Shown piece after piece: positions 13,158 through 26,683 of a stretch of DNA of 64,000 nt. A program made the position numbers and the translations under genes. Location of the stretch: positions 115,816,001 to 115,880,000 of the forward strand of contig OX597823.1 of NCBI GenBank assembly GCA_951406725.2. The letters are read 5' to 3'. Each line of letters opens with the position of its first letter. Within the stretch, counting starts at the first letter, position 1. The stretch comes from Octopus vulgaris (Eukaryota). The notes under the pieces are model-generated. The model saw only the letters and a list, made by a program, of their open reading frames with translations, made no database searches and was not told the DNA's origin.

Positions 13158-13600
13158 CTTACTCTTTTACTTGTTTCAGTCATTTGACTGTGGCCATGCT
13201 GGAGCACCGCCTTTAGTCGAGCAAATCGACCCCAGGTCTTATTCTTTGTAAGCCTAGTACTTATTCTATCGGTCTCTTTTGCCAAACCGCTAAGTTACAG
13301 GGACATAAACACACCAGCATCGGTTGTCAAGCAATGTTGGGGGGCACAAACACAGACACACAAAGATAGACACACACATACATATATATATATACACATA
13401 TATATATATATACACACACACATATACATATATATACATATATACGACGGGCTTCCTTCAGTTTCCGTCTACCAAATCCACTCACAAGGGTTTTGGTCGG
13501 CCCTAGACTATAGTAGAAGACACTTGCCCAAGGTGCCACGCAGTGGGACTGAACCCAGAACCATGTGGCTGGTAAGCAAGCTACTTACCACATAACCACT
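13158..13600 (-). mobile_element. SINE family A
   Basis: Full reverse-complement copy. Confidence 0.88.
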
Positions 13601-14896
13601 ACACTTATTGGTTACACATCTAATTAAAAACAAACTTTCCACCCTCAATACCCACCGGAAATTCCTTGCTGCTCGTAATTTCCCATAACTACTCCTGATG
13701 TGCCTACGCATCCTTTTCTCTTTATGGTGCTTTTGCTGTTCACTTATCTATTCTTCTTTTATTCTGTGTACTGCACTTTTGGCTATGACTGTGGTCTTTC
13801 TTGGCTTGAATTATTGCTGCTTTCTGTCCCTTCTTTTACCTGTTTCCAATGAATTGAACGGTAGAACAGTTAGCATGACAGAAAAAAAATGTTTTCTGGC
13901 ATTTCTTCCAGTTTTATGTTCTTGAGTTCAAATTCCACCAAGGTCATCTTCACCTTTCATTCTTTCAGGATCAATAAAGCAAGTACCAGTTGAGCCCTGC
14001 AGCTGATATGATTTACTGGTGTCTTCCCCGAAAAATTTCAAGCATTGTGCCTATTTTAGAAAAAAATATTGTTATTATTCCCAGGAAGGCAGTAAACTGC
14101 AGAATTGCAAGAACATTGGGAAAATGCTTTGCTGTTTTTATTTCAACTCTTTATGTTCTGTTGGGGGTTGTTGTCTTTCATCTTGTGCCGTTAATAGAAA
14201 GGATTATTATTATCATTATCATTATTATTATTATCATTCTTCTTATTCTTCTTCTTCTCATTATTATTATCATTATTAAAATCGCTGTCTTCCATACATA
14301 CCAGCTTGTCCTTTTGTAGGTGCCACATAAAAGGCACCTGTGCCAATACTGCACAGACACAACCATGCCAGTGGCATGCAAAAAACACCCAGAACATGCT
14401 GTAAGGTTGTCGGTGTTAGAAAAGTCATCCAGCCATAGAAAACATACCACAACAGACAACCAGAGTCTGGACAGCTCCCCAGCTAGCGAGCTCCATGCAA
14501 AACTATCCAACCCATGCCAGCATGGAAAACGGATGATAAACGACAACGACAATAATGACGATGATGACTCTCCCTCTATGTTTTTCTACTTCATATTTTT
14601 GCATTTGTATTGAACGTTAAAAGATCCCTACCTTAATTTTCTGTTCTTCAATGTGTTCCCCAATTTGAAATTAAATTGTTGGAATTTATATGTTTGTCAT
14701 TTTAGGTTCGTATAACACTAATTTGCCATTAAATTATATTTTTTAGAGAATCAGATATCAGACAAGAATTTCAGACTTTTTTTTTAATTCTTTGGTTTCT
14801 GGTGAAATACAAGGAACCTATTCCAACAACTGTTTTACTGCCTTCCACATGTCATCTTCCACTATCAGTAACTTGTTTTCTTTTAATATATTTCAG

Positions 14897-15113
14897 GGTT
14901 CGTATTCCAGCAAAGAATGTCTACTATTACCGTTGTCCTGACCATAGGAAGAATTATGTAATGTCTTTTTTGTTTTGTTTCGACAAAGAATATGACATTT
15001 ACCAGTTCTCCTATTGTTTCCCTTACACTTACACCAAACTCCAAAATTACTTGGATTCAGTTGAGAAGAAGTATTCCGACATTTTCACCAGAGAGCTGCT
15101 CTGTCTTACTGTG
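14897..15113 (+). CDS. AGBL4: Internal exon of cytosolic carboxypeptidase 6 (M14 tubulin deglutamylase family)
   Basis: Translation (W)VRIPAKNVYYYRCPDHRKNYVMSFLFCFDKEYDIYQFSYCFPYTYTKLQNYLDSVEKKYSDIFTRELLCLTV closely matches my recollection of CCP6 (KNVYYYRCPDHRKNYVMSF, YQFAYCYPYTYT). Acceptor tttcag ends at 14896 (phase 2, would complete a TGG Trp codon); donor GTG|gtatgt starts at 15114 (phase 0). No other AGBL4 exon was recognised in the window. Confidence 0.93.
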
Positions 15114-15120
15114 GTATGTA

Positions 15121-15127
15121 CAACTAT

Positions 15128-15165
<38 letters not shown>

Positions 15166-15172
15166 TTATTAT

Positions 15173-15209
<37 letters not shown>

Positions 15210-15265
15210 GCTGCTGCTACTACTACTACTACTATTATTACTACTACTACTGCTGCTGCTGCTGG
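15121..15265. repeat. (CTA)n/(CTG)n triplet microsatellite just after the AGBL4 donor
   Basis: Direct inspection. Confidence 0.96.
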
Positions 15266-15409
15266 TATTGTTTCTCTGTGATGGTATCAGGGTTTGGGTA
15301 GAATGTGGTGCTGAAACTGGGAGTCAGTCAGGCAGCATAGGCATCAGCCACGTTTGGATGGTACTTTTTCCGTTCTACCAGCACAGAAGCCAATCGGCGC
15401 AGGTGGGGC

Positions 15410-15890
15410 TGGCATTGATTTTGATAGATTGAGGCTTTCTGCCAATTCTCGGGTTGTGCAATGTGGGTTATTCTCAATTAATGACTTGATTTGGTCATCA
15501 TCTGTAGTGGATGGTCTACCTGATCGACCTTTATCAATAAGGCTACAATCTCCAGCTTGGAACCTTGCGATCCACTTCTGTACAGTTCTTTCGGATAAAG
15601 AAACATCATTGTAAACTGTGCATATTTCTTTGGTTGCTTGTGAGGCATTTTTCCCTTTATGGAAAAAGAAAAGCATCAAGTGCTGAAAATGAACTTTAAC
15701 TTCCATGTTAAAGGCTTACAGAATTAACACAGGTTATAGGAATATAAACCTTCTTCCACGAAAAGATAGCTTAAACTGTGCTCTAAATGGAGGTGTAGTC
15801 AAATCCTGTTTTATGGACTCAACCATGTTCTAAAATAAGTCGAAAAGAAAGCTACTATAAATCGGCACGAACTTTCCGGACAACCCAATA
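15410..15890 (-). mobile_element. mariner transposon 5' fragment (TIR plus HTH domains)
   Basis: ORF 15344-15706 ...KNASQATKEICTVY...SERTVQKWIARFQAGDCSLIDKGRSGRPS; mariner-type TIR TATTGGGTTGTCCGGAAAGTTCGTGCCG ending at 15890. Confidence 0.88.
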
Positions 15891-15973
15891 CAATGGTGTT
15901 ATCTGCCAAGAGTAGGGAAACAAATGGTAGAAGCAGCAAAATGCTGTTACAGAGCATGCCCCCCCCTCCCATA

Positions 15974-16008
<35 letters not shown>

Positions 16009-16874
16009 TAATATCATTTATGAAGTAACTTTAGCTCTGCAGCAAAAAACAAAAATATGAAAAATAAAGATTTGGTGGTAGTGTAGAGACAATATCATAT
16101 TTTGTAAATATTTTACCAGAAGTGCCATCACTATTGTCCTTTTACATTCATCTCCTGACTGTCTTCCAACCACGCATTACTTTCTTTTTCTGTTCAGTTT
16201 CCTTAAGATGATTCGGTAAGTGCCTGTGAAAATGTATTGCATCAGTGTGTCTGCATGTGTGTGTGTGGGGGGTATTTATGTGTGTATGCATAAAATATAT
16301 ACACGCACGCTGTGGATCTGTATCAGTACTGTGGCGACTGATTTTAGTCAATCAGATCAATCTTAGTATTTAATTTTAAGTCCGGTGGTTCTCTTAATGT
16401 CTCTTTCTGTTGAGCTTCTAACTTTACAGGACATAAAAAAAGACATCTTTTAAAGTGATATCAATAGAAAGGGAATCTTATAGAGAACTCATATAAATAT
16501 ACACCAGTACATCTCTCTCTCTCTTTTTCTCTCTCTCTTTCTCTTATTTCTTTATTGCTCACAAGGGGCTAAACACAGAGGGGACAAACAAGGACAGACA
16601 TAGGTATTAAGTCGATTACATTGACCCCAGTGTGTAACTGGTACTTAATTTATCGACCCCGAAAGGATGAAAGGCAAAGTCGACCTTGTCTGAATTTGAA
16701 CTCAGAACATAATAGCAAACAAAATATGGCTAAGCATTTCGCCCGGCATGCTAACGTTTCTGCCAGCTCGCTGCCTTGTGCCCTCTCTCTCCTTATCTGT
16801 CTATCTATCTATCTGTCTGTCTGTCTGTCTGTCTGTCTTTCTGTCTGTTTATAGATAGATAGATAGATAGATGA

Positions 16875-17022
16875 TGTGTGGTAAGAAGTTAGCTTCCTAA
16901 CCACATGGTTTTGGGTTCAGTCTCACTGTGTAACACATTCGGTAAGCGTCATCTACTTTAGCCCCAGACCAACCAAAACTTTTTGAGTGGATTTAGTAGA
17001 TGGAAAATGAAAGAAGCCTGTC

Positions 17023-17087
<65 letters not shown>

Positions 17088-17310
17088 CTGTGCATCTTTG
17101 TAGTTGTGTTTGTCCCCACCACCGCTTGACAACCAGTCCTGGCTGATTTACATCTCCGTAACTTAGTGCTCTGGCAAAAAGTGACTGACAGAATAAATAT
17201 CAGGCTTCAAAAAAATAAGTACTGGGCTTAATTTGTCTGACTAAACCCTTCTGGGCAGTGCCCCAACATGGCTGCAGTCCAATGAGTGGAACAAGTAAAA
17301 GATAAAAGAT
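16875..17310 (+). mobile_element. SINE family A (diverged, (GT)n core) between two minus-strand family B SINEs (16540-16778, 17390-17625)
   Basis: Similarity to the other copies in the window. Confidence 0.8.
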
Positions 17311-17324
17311 AACAGTTAATATGA

Positions 17325-17360
<36 letters not shown>

Positions 17361-19052
17361 ATACATACATGGTGAGCTTCTGAACAATTTCTTATTTCTT
17401 TACTACCCACAAGGGGCTACACACAGAGGGGTCAAACAAGGACAGACAAATGGATTAAGTCGATTATATCGACCCCAGTGCGTAACTGGTACTTATTTAA
17501 TTGACCCCGAAAGGATGAAAAACAAAGTCGACCTCGGCGGAATTTGAACTCAGAATGTAGTGGCAGGCGAAATACCGCTTAGCATTTCACCTGGCGTGCT
17601 AACGTTTCTGTCGACTCTCCACTCGTCTGAACAGTTTCACTCACAAGGCATTAGTCAGAGTGTATAGGAGAAGATGCTTGTCTGAGATGCTATGCAGTGG
17701 GCTTGAGCCTAAAGCTATGTGTTTGTGAAGTAAACTTCTTAACAATATAGCTGTATTTGTACACACACATACATACACAATGGTAAAACCCCCTTGTTTG
17801 TGATTATCAACAATGAGGGGCCCTCAGCAAATCTCAAATTCAGAGAAATTCTAACTGATGTTTATGACAGACTAACTTAAAAGCCACCTTATCGGACAGC
17901 TTTTAAGCTAGCTCCTGTGGAGGGCTCTTCTTTGGGCCTTGGGCCCAATAATGACACTCCATGCATTGAGGACATTTTAAGTTTTATTAAACTTGAACAA
18001 TATTTTTCAAGCAATGAACAAGTTTCATCAAAACAATGATATAAATTGTTGACTTGGAATTTATTGCAAAGTTTCATGATAAAGAACATTTTTTTGTTTT
18101 CCCATTTGGGTTGGGGTCAGTACAATTTTTTTTTCTGTCTAACCTATTTCTCTCTCTCTCTCTCTTTCTGTTGATTGTTTTCAACCATCACCATCACCAG
18201 TACTACCACTATCACCACCACAACTGCCATACACACACCATTCAAACTTCTGACATCACCAACATCAACACCTTTGACTTCGCTACCTTCCTCTCCACCA
18301 CACTCATCACTGTCTTCCACATCCTTTACTTTCACTGTCATGCTTGACCTCCTCAGCTACCACCACCACCACCACCACCACGTTCCAAATGGCAACGTAT
18401 TGAATCAGAAAGCATTGATACAACACTAAAGTGATGTATGTATGAAATGCTAATAGCATACTTACCATTTTGATTCTGAAAAGACAGAAGCATGGAAGTG
18501 CTACAAAAAGAAGCTTGTGAATGTGGAGAATACATGGGAGCAAGGAAATCTATTCCAAGAGGACTGAATGGATGAACTTATCATTCAGAGGTAGAGAAAG
18601 TGCTTGGTTTATCACAAATTCTGTGGAGATGCTTAAAATGTCAGGCAGAGCAGGTACAAACTAGTCCCATGCATAGACAGTCAGGTGTAGTACAGGAATG
18701 CACTATACTCTATGACTGGAATAGCATCAGTTAAATTGAAGGCAAAGGAGACGTATTGCAAAGAGGAAGTTCCAGACACGTCAAGTTCATGGACCAGGTT
18801 CTGTAAGTCACTGAATGAGCTGTAAGCACAATCATCATCGCTTAACGTCCGCTTTCCCTGCTAGCATGGGTTGGACGATTTGACTGAGATCTGGCGAACC
18901 AGATGGTTGCACCTGACTCCAATCTAATCTGGTAGTGTTTCTACAGCTGGATGCCCTTCCTAATGCCAACCACTCCGAGAGTGTAGTGGGTGCTTTTATG
19001 TGCCACCGGCACATTTATGGATGTGTGTGTGTATATATATATATATATGTAT

Positions 19053-19285
19053 ACATAATTATAATTAGGGCTCAGTTAACTGCCCCACCACTCACCGAAT
19101 CTAGAAATAGGAGCCAAAATTCCCCTTCTGCTACTATAAGAATAGTAGTAGCAAAGGAATTTCAACTCCGACTTCCAAACCCTGTGCATGGTGAAGCAAT
19201 CAGCTGAACCCCAATTATAATTATGTGGATAATTTTACCTAAAAAGGTTATTTTAACGTACCGATCTACTTGGTAAAATTATTAA
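19053..19285 (+). mobile_element. Fold-back element with shared 3' tail (putative PLE terminus)
   Basis: Imperfect palindrome at 19053-19226, then tail ATAATTTTACCTAAAAAGGTTATTTT...TACTTGGTAAAAT resembling the tails at 43812 and 52830. Confidence 0.6.
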
Positions 19286-19701
19286 TTAACTGATTAATTA
19301 ATTAATTAATTTAATTAGGAAAATAATTAGCCTAGATGAAGCACAGTTTGGCTTGCTGCAAAGAAGTACTACTGATGCCATTTTCCTAATGAAGTACTTA
19401 GGTAGACGTAAGCTGTTAGTCTTAGCATTCCTAGACTTGGAAAAGGCCGTTGGTAGGGTCCAACACTCTCTGATCTGATGAAGCTAGGTAGGAAATGACT
19501 TGTAAGGGATGTACAAGCTATATAAACTGAAATGCTTTGAGGAAGGTGAGAATCAGCAATTAGTTCAGTGATGAATTTAGCCTGCAGAGGAAGGTACAAG
19601 GACTCGATTCTCAGTCCCCTTCTGTTTGTTACAGAGCTCCAGGTCATAACAGATGAGTTTAAGACCAGCTGTACATGGGAGATGCTGATGACTTAATTCT
19701 C

Positions 19702-19869
19702 ATAGACAAAGGAGTGGCTGTGTGGTAAGTAGCTTGCTTACGAACCACATGGTTCTGGGTTCAGTCCCACTGCATGGCACCTTGGGCAAGTGTCTTCTAC
19801 TATAGCCTCGGGCCGACCAAAGCCTTGTAAGTGGATTTGGTGAATGGAAACTGAAAGAAGCTCGTCGTA

Positions 19870-19920
<51 letters not shown>

Positions 19921-20137
19921 ATATGTTTGTATGTCTGTGTTTGTCCCCCCAACATCGCTTGACAACCAATGCTGGTGTGTTTACCTTCCTGTAAATTAGC
20001 GTATCGGCAAAAGAGACCGATAGATTAAGTACTAGGCTTACAAAGAATAAGTCCTGGGGTCGATTTGCTCGGCTAAAGGCGGTGCTCCAGCATGGCCACA
20101 GTCAAATGACTGAAGCAAGTAAAAGAGTAAAAGAGTA
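19702..20137 (+). mobile_element. SINE family A
   Basis: Full copy inserted within the RTE remnant. Confidence 0.88.
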
Positions 20138-20609
20138 CAGTTTGACCAACAGTAGAATCAGAGAAGAAATATCAAACCTGGAAGCAAAACCAAGAAATGA
20201 AGACTAAGGTATTGGTAAGTTGGAAAGAAGATAGGTTCTTGATACCGTCACGGAAGTTGCCATGCTTAATGTGCAGAAATGAAGTGGGTAGACATTGCAG
20301 AAGGTGTACTCAGTGTAAAGAAGGGACGCACAAGATATGAAGTGGAATCAGTGAAGGGCTAACAGTGAAGATAGATTTTGTATGCAGCAGAAGCACAGGG
20401 GCAATAAGCACTGTGTAAGTGGTGAAGAATTATTTCAGGACATTGAACCTCACACAGAGAATAACAAAGAAGATTAGCAACAATCACCTGTGCAAAGATA
20501 ATCTATTACACAGTAAAAATATTGAAAGTGTCTTTGACTTGTTATGAGGGAGGCTGGGAAGCATCTGTATTTGGGTCCTTTGCTCAATAGTCCTGGCTGC
20601 CTCCCTGCT

Positions 20610-21025
20610 TCTTATTTCTTTATTGCCCACAAGGGGCTAAACATAGAGGGGACAAACAAGGACAGACAAAGGGATTTAGTTAATTACATCGACCCTTGTA
20701 TGTAACTGGTACTTAATTTATCGACTCCAAAAGGATGAAAGGCGAAGTTGACCTCTGCAGAATTTGAACTCAGAACGTAGCGGCAGACAAAATGCCTATT
20801 TCTTTACTACCCACAAGGGGCTAAACACAGAGGGGACAAACAAGGACAGACAAACGGATTAAGTCGATTACATCGACTCCAGTGTTTCATTGGTATTTAT
20901 TTAATCGACCCCGAAAGGATGAAAGGCAAAGTCGGCCTCATTGGAATTTGAACTCAGAACGTAACGGCAGATGAAATACTGCTAAGCATTTCACCCGGCG
21001 TGCTAACGTTTCTGCCAGCTCACCT
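20610..21025 (-). mobile_element. Tandem family B SINE pair
   Basis: Two consecutive reverse-complement copies. Confidence 0.82.
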
Positions 21026-21545
21026 CCTCTGCTTCTTAATACTCCCAAACCCCTAACATATATCTCTATTTCTCTCTTTTACTCTCTCGTCTCTCTCTCT
21101 CTCTCTCTCTCACATCTCACTCTCTCACTCTCCCCCTCTCTCTCCTGCTGGTGTAGCTAAGGATGTCATGCTCACTCCCTCTACCACCCTCTGACATCAT
21201 TCGTCCTGCTACCTCCATCACATTCTCACCTCACTCTCCCTCCTGTCCCATCTCAATCTATTTATTTACTCTTCTGCTCAGTCACATTGTCTTGACTGAA
21301 TGTCAACATCAAAGAGTAGTGACAACTTTTCAGTGTTGTATGGTAAAATGCAGCCATCACTTTCTGTAAAATGGTTAGAAAATAACTGAAGATGACTCTT
21401 TAGTTTTACTGAGGTCATGACAACCTCTTTAGTACTGGTGCCACAAGAAAATGTACCATGTACATTCTGTGAAGTGGTTGGTGATAGGAAGAGCCTCCAG
21501 ATCATAGAAAAGAAGCTAGAAAGTAAATTTACAAATGTGACATGA

Positions 21546-21941
21546 GGATCTTTTCGGTTTGAACAGCAGTTTTTTCTAGCGGTGTCATATGAAATTGTCA
21601 CCCATAATTATGGCCCTAGTATCAATCTATTGCATTTCAATCAATTTTAGGGTTAGGGGTGGGGTGAAGGGTATCTTTTTTCTTCACAAATGTAAATAAA
21701 CCCAATCTTTTTCTTAAACGAGAGACATATTCATACGGCACAGAATGTTTTTACCTCAATAGACATCAGTGATTGGTTGAAATTGCAGAAATTGAAGAAA
21801 AACAACAAATATCTTACAAACAATAGAATTTTCACAATAAGGCCAAAAGAAAAAGATGTTTTAAAACACATCCTACCAGAATACGAAGTTTAAAATTTTT
21901 TAGTTACCTAGAAAAAACTGCCGTTGAAACCGAAAAGATCC
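21546..21941. mobile_element. TIR MITE, Merlin-like
   Basis: ~34-bp TIRs GGATCTTTTCGGTTTGAACAGCAGTTTTTTCTAG / CTAGAAAAAACTGCCGTTGAAACCGAAAAGATCC, flanked by TGACATGA / AGACATGA (7-8 bp TSD). GG-initial TIRs with a ~8-bp TSD suggest Merlin. Confidence 0.82.
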
Positions 21942-22116
21942 AGACATGATCCTCCAACCCATTTAGGAAAGCAATAACTATGAATAAAATCTGACTCAAC
22001 TGTGATGACCCATCCAATCTATGGCAGCAGTGAAAGTAGACATAAGATGGTGATGGTGATCAAACCAAATGGAGTGGTTGTAGGGGGGACAATATCAAAA
22101 TGATTACTATTGCACA

Positions 22117-22550
22117 TAGGCACAGGAGTGGCTGTGTGATAAGTAGCTTGCTTATGAACCACATGGTTCCAGGTTCAGTCCCACTGTGTGGCACCTTGGG
22201 CAAGTGTCTTCTGCTATAGCCTCGGGCTGACCAAAGCCTTGTGAGTGGATTTGGTGGATGGAAACTACAAGAAGCCTGTCGTATATATGTGTATGTGTAT
22301 ATATATATATATGTGTGTGTATGTATGCATGTGTGTGCCTATGTTTGTGCGTCTGTGTTTGTCTCCCCAACATTGCTTGACAACCGATGCTGGTGTGTTT
22401 ACGTCCCTGTAACTTAGCAGCTCGGCAAAAGTGACCGATAGAATAAGTACTAGGCTTACAAAGAATAAGTCCTGAGGTCGATTTGCTCGACTAAAGGTGG
22501 TGCTCCAGCATGGCTGCAGTCACATGACTGAAACAAGTAAAAGAGTAAAG
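22117..22550 (+). mobile_element. SINE family A
   Basis: Full copy followed by (GA)n. Confidence 0.88.
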
Positions 22551-23194
22551 AGAGAGAGAGAGAGAGAGAGATACCAGTAGGTTGTTAATTGTTCCAAACC
22601 ATTTCTCTTATAAGAGCAGAACTTTAATTTATTTTTGTCATATAAAAACAAGTGTGATCTTACTTTTACTTTAAGAGTGTATATTTTGATTAAATCCCAT
22701 GACAGTTTCTAGAAGTTTCTAAATATGTATAACTGTATAACTTCGACTATAAAACATTTATATAGAAATGATTTTTTTCTCATTAAGATAAAGAGAAATT
22801 TCAGTTGTTTTTCTTTTTGCATATTAAACAGAAAGACGTTGATGTCAAAGAATTCATTCTCATTCCTAACTTATTCATCTCAAAATTTGTCATTTTTCTT
22901 TCATTCTGCCTTATCTCAAACCAATTTATGATGTGCATATTTTATCTTCACTTCATCTTTCAACTCTTTAATTTTTAGTTTTTGCATTTCTGTTTTAGTG
23001 TAGTCTGTTGCATTTATAGATTTGGAATCTGCTTCTTGATGGCTCGCCCTCTAGCTATCCCTGCTTTGGCAGACTTATGACACAAAAGCTCTCATGACCA
23101 TAACCTACATATTCACAGTTCTACATATCTTGTCTTCATGAACAGTTTTAATTTGTGGAGTTTTCAGTATTGACTTTCCATTATTCCTGTGAAT

Positions 23195-23603
23195 GTTCCT
23201 TAAGAAGTTTGATTCCCAACCACATGGTTCCAGGTTCAGTCCCAATATGCAGCACCTTGTATGGGTTTACTTCAATAGCTTTGGGTTTTTGGGTTGACCA
23301 AATCCTTGTGACTGGGTTTGGTAGAAAAAAAACTGAATGAAGCCCCTTATATGTGTGTGTGTGTGTGTGTGTGTTGTGTGTGCTTGTGTTTGTGTTTGCC
23401 CCCCCCACCTCTTGATATCCAGTGTTGGTGTGTATAAATCCCTATAACTTAGCGGTTTGGCAAAAGAGATCGATAGAATAAGTACCAGACATAAAAACAA
23501 AAGATCTGGGGTTGTTCAGTTTGACTAAAATTTTTCAAAATCGGTGCCCCAGTATGGCCGCAGTCTAAATGACTGAAACAAGTAAAAGACAAAAGATAAA
23601 AGA
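23195..23603 (+). mobile_element. SINE family A (diverged)
   Basis: Similarity to the other copies in the window. Confidence 0.8.
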
Positions 23604-26600
23604 GAAGGACTCGTTGGAAGTTTGGCTGACATTACATGCAAATCGAGTGGTCGCATGTAAGGCTCCGTTGTTAACTCCTGAAATCTAACCAACCAACATT
23701 CAAGAAAGGCTTTTGCTGATTAAACTATATAATAACAGCTCAGTGTTTGGGATTGGTAGGACCTGCAACATGGAACCCTCCTCTCCACTTTCCTGGATTT
23801 CATCACTGCTTTATAATAGTGTTTAGTGAATTGACGACTCCATCTGTAATCGGTGTTAGGTTTATTAACTGCTAGAGAGATGAATATCAACTTTGATGTT
23901 ATTCAAACTGAGAAATCTTAACATAAAGCCTCAAACTCAATATACCAGATTTAGTTGTTGTTGTTGTTGTTGCTGTTGTTGTTGTTGTTGTTGTTGCTGT
24001 TTAGCTATTCATTGATCAAAGATACTCGAACCTTTTTAGGTGGCATAGTCTATATAGGATAACATTAAGAAGTGAATTGTCCCCTTCTTCAAGACAGTAT
24101 GGTGTGTGATATGGCAGAGATATGGTTGCTATTTGTCACAGGTTGAGCAACCAAGTAGAGTGTCCCTTATTTAGTTCTGTGAATTGATGGAAGAAATAGG
24201 AACTCTTAAGATATGGTAATGTTGAATTATATCTTTCTTATCACTTTAAAGTGTTATCCCTCTAATTGGAGATGACATTGCTTTTATATTCAGTTTCGGC
24301 TATGATTATCACATCTACTCCTCCAAGATTCTCCTAATTGGGTAATTAAGAAAACATTAAATTTATTCATATAAAATCAGTTTGTTCTGTAATTACTTCA
24401 ATCTGTTCTGGTTAAACATAGTGATGAACAAACCTTTAGCAATCCTCATTAACTGACATCTCTCCAGTCTATTGATTAGACAGCCTTCAGGGAGCTACCA
24501 TATATTTGTTACGCTAAATCAGCATCAAACCTATTTTCATGCCACACATTCTCCGTTTGGCCAAAGGAGAAACCTCTTTAACTAACCTTAAATACTGTGT
24601 TTACTTAAGATCTTTTTCTTCTTTACAAGTAGAAGGAAATAACTTTCATCTACCTTGCAAAATATTGATTGGCTTCTAAGGTGTAAGGCAGAAGAATTTG
24701 TTTTTGTTTATTCTCTTTCGAACGATGGGTGGTAGTGGCGGCGAGGAGCTAAGATTTGTTTTGGTGGATGGAACCATAAATGTCAGAAACTGTTATGAAA
24801 TACAAATAAACAGCATTTGTCTAAAAGGAAAGGAATATTTATTTTAGATTCTTTCTCTCATGAGAGACTCTAAGATCTATTTTATAATGAAGCCTTCCTG
24901 TATCATTCTCCTGTAATTGCTGATACTTGTTAATGTCAAAGCAACAGGAGCAGCTTATAAAAACCTCCCCCTTTTAAACCTTTTCTTAGATCTTGTTCTA
25001 CATTGAAACTAGCATTATTACCCTAAATCTTCATCTTGAAATATCTTCTTTGTTCTTTTCTACATGTGGAGTTATATTTTATGTTCATATTGAAGAACAT
25101 ATATATTATTTGTTTCTTAATTGGCTTGACACTTGTTAGAATTGTTTGGAGAATTTTCTCTCCATCCTTTAATGTTAGCTTGGGTTGGTTGGTTGGTTGG
25201 TTGGATGGTTGGTTGGTTTTAAAAATATCCGTGAAAAAATATATTGTTGATGTGTTTTAGTCTTCATGAAATTTCTGATGTGTTTCACTGTTGCATGCCT
25301 TTTACAAAACACTCAGCTTTTGCTATTTTGAGTTTCGTGGGATGATAAGTAGCATATTATGTAGCTTACTGAAAGAAACAGGATTGTAGATATAAATGAC
25401 AAAGCTGCTGAGAGTATTGAAAAGGAAGTCAGTATAATCACAAAAGTGTGTACAGTTGAAGTCAAAGGCCTTAAACAACAAATTCACTTAATTTTAGTTT
25501 AGAGTTGTTGTCAGAACTATAATTAAGAGGATAATTTGAAATTATAGCAATTTATTAGAAATTATTATTTTTTCATTGACTATATTGTCCCATGGTGGAA
25601 TATGTTGCATTTAGATGTTATATAAGTTTGAGCCAAATGGTCAAAATGATAAATCTGAAGTAAAGCAGAATTATTGAAAATAGTCTCAAGACTAATGTGT
25701 GAAAAGTAGCGTACGGTAAGTTAAGAAGATTGGTGGCTATTATATGTATTAACTTCAATGGAAACAGATTTTGCAAACACTTTGTGAGAGAAAGTGAGAT
25801 GAAATAGATGAAGGAAAAACCGATTATTTTGAGATTAATGTTATAATAAAATCTAGAGAAAGAAGACATGGCTGAGAGTAGATTAATTAAAACAATTAAA
25901 GCATAAGAGAGTTTGATATAACACTTATATAAAGATAATAATGATGATGCCACCATCATCACCATCAATAGCATATCTTGATTTTGGCAAGAATGAAAAA
26001 AGGTAATTAATGACAGTTTTTAGACCTAGCCATTTAATTGATTTAAGAGTTTGTAAGTTTTAGATTTGCAGCACATTCAGTAATCCTGAGTTCAGTTATT
26101 CATACAAGTAATGTGTTGTGATGTCAGTAGAACATTTAAATCTGTATTTTTAGATTAGCTGACTAATAAATTCTGTTTGTAAAGCAATAAGAATGAGTTC
26201 AGTATCAAAGAAACGTTCTTTAATTATAAATGAATTTTGAAAATTTACAGATTTATCTTAGCCATGCATGTAAAGCTAATACATCACTTAATAAGAATAT
26301 AGGAAATTTATAATGACAAATGTCGAAAAAGAATGAATGGTATTGAATAATTTAATAGCATTTTGGAAAGAGAGAGCTTAATTAATATTACTTGGAGAAA
26401 GAAAGAGAAAGAGTACAGTGCAATTTCATAACTGTACTTTCTGTCACTTTTTCCAAATAATACAAGTTTTACTGATGCACATCACCACTAGTTTCCTTGG
26501 ATTTGGTTTTAGCTTAATTAATATTAGTTAAAAGTCTGGTTTTACTCACGTCCATGAGTCAAACATTTTGTTGATAGATAAAATGATTTTTTATGGGGAC

Positions 26601-26683
26601 AGAGCGATGGGACAAAACCTGTTGTTCATAATATTGGAGACTAGAAACAAAACCACCATATTTTATGAAATGCTTCAATATAT

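Larger units (their letters stand above)
18430..20410 (+). mobile_element. Fragmented degenerate RTE LINE, interrupted by younger insertions
   Basis: Remnants EAWKCYKKKLVNVENTW (~18490), LDEAQFG...STTDAIF (~19330), ADDL (~19684) and PCLMCRNEVGR (~20260), homologous to the RTE at 40865-42332. Confidence 0.72.

Noticed and set aside
24725-24847. Short ORF MGGSGGEELRFVLVDG...
   Set aside because: About 40 codons with no recognisable homology or splice context.
25332-25379. C/D-box-like arrangement (AUGAUAA...CUGA with GUUUC/GAAAC stem)
   Set aside because: Imperfect C box and only ~20 nt between boxes, too short for a snoRNA.
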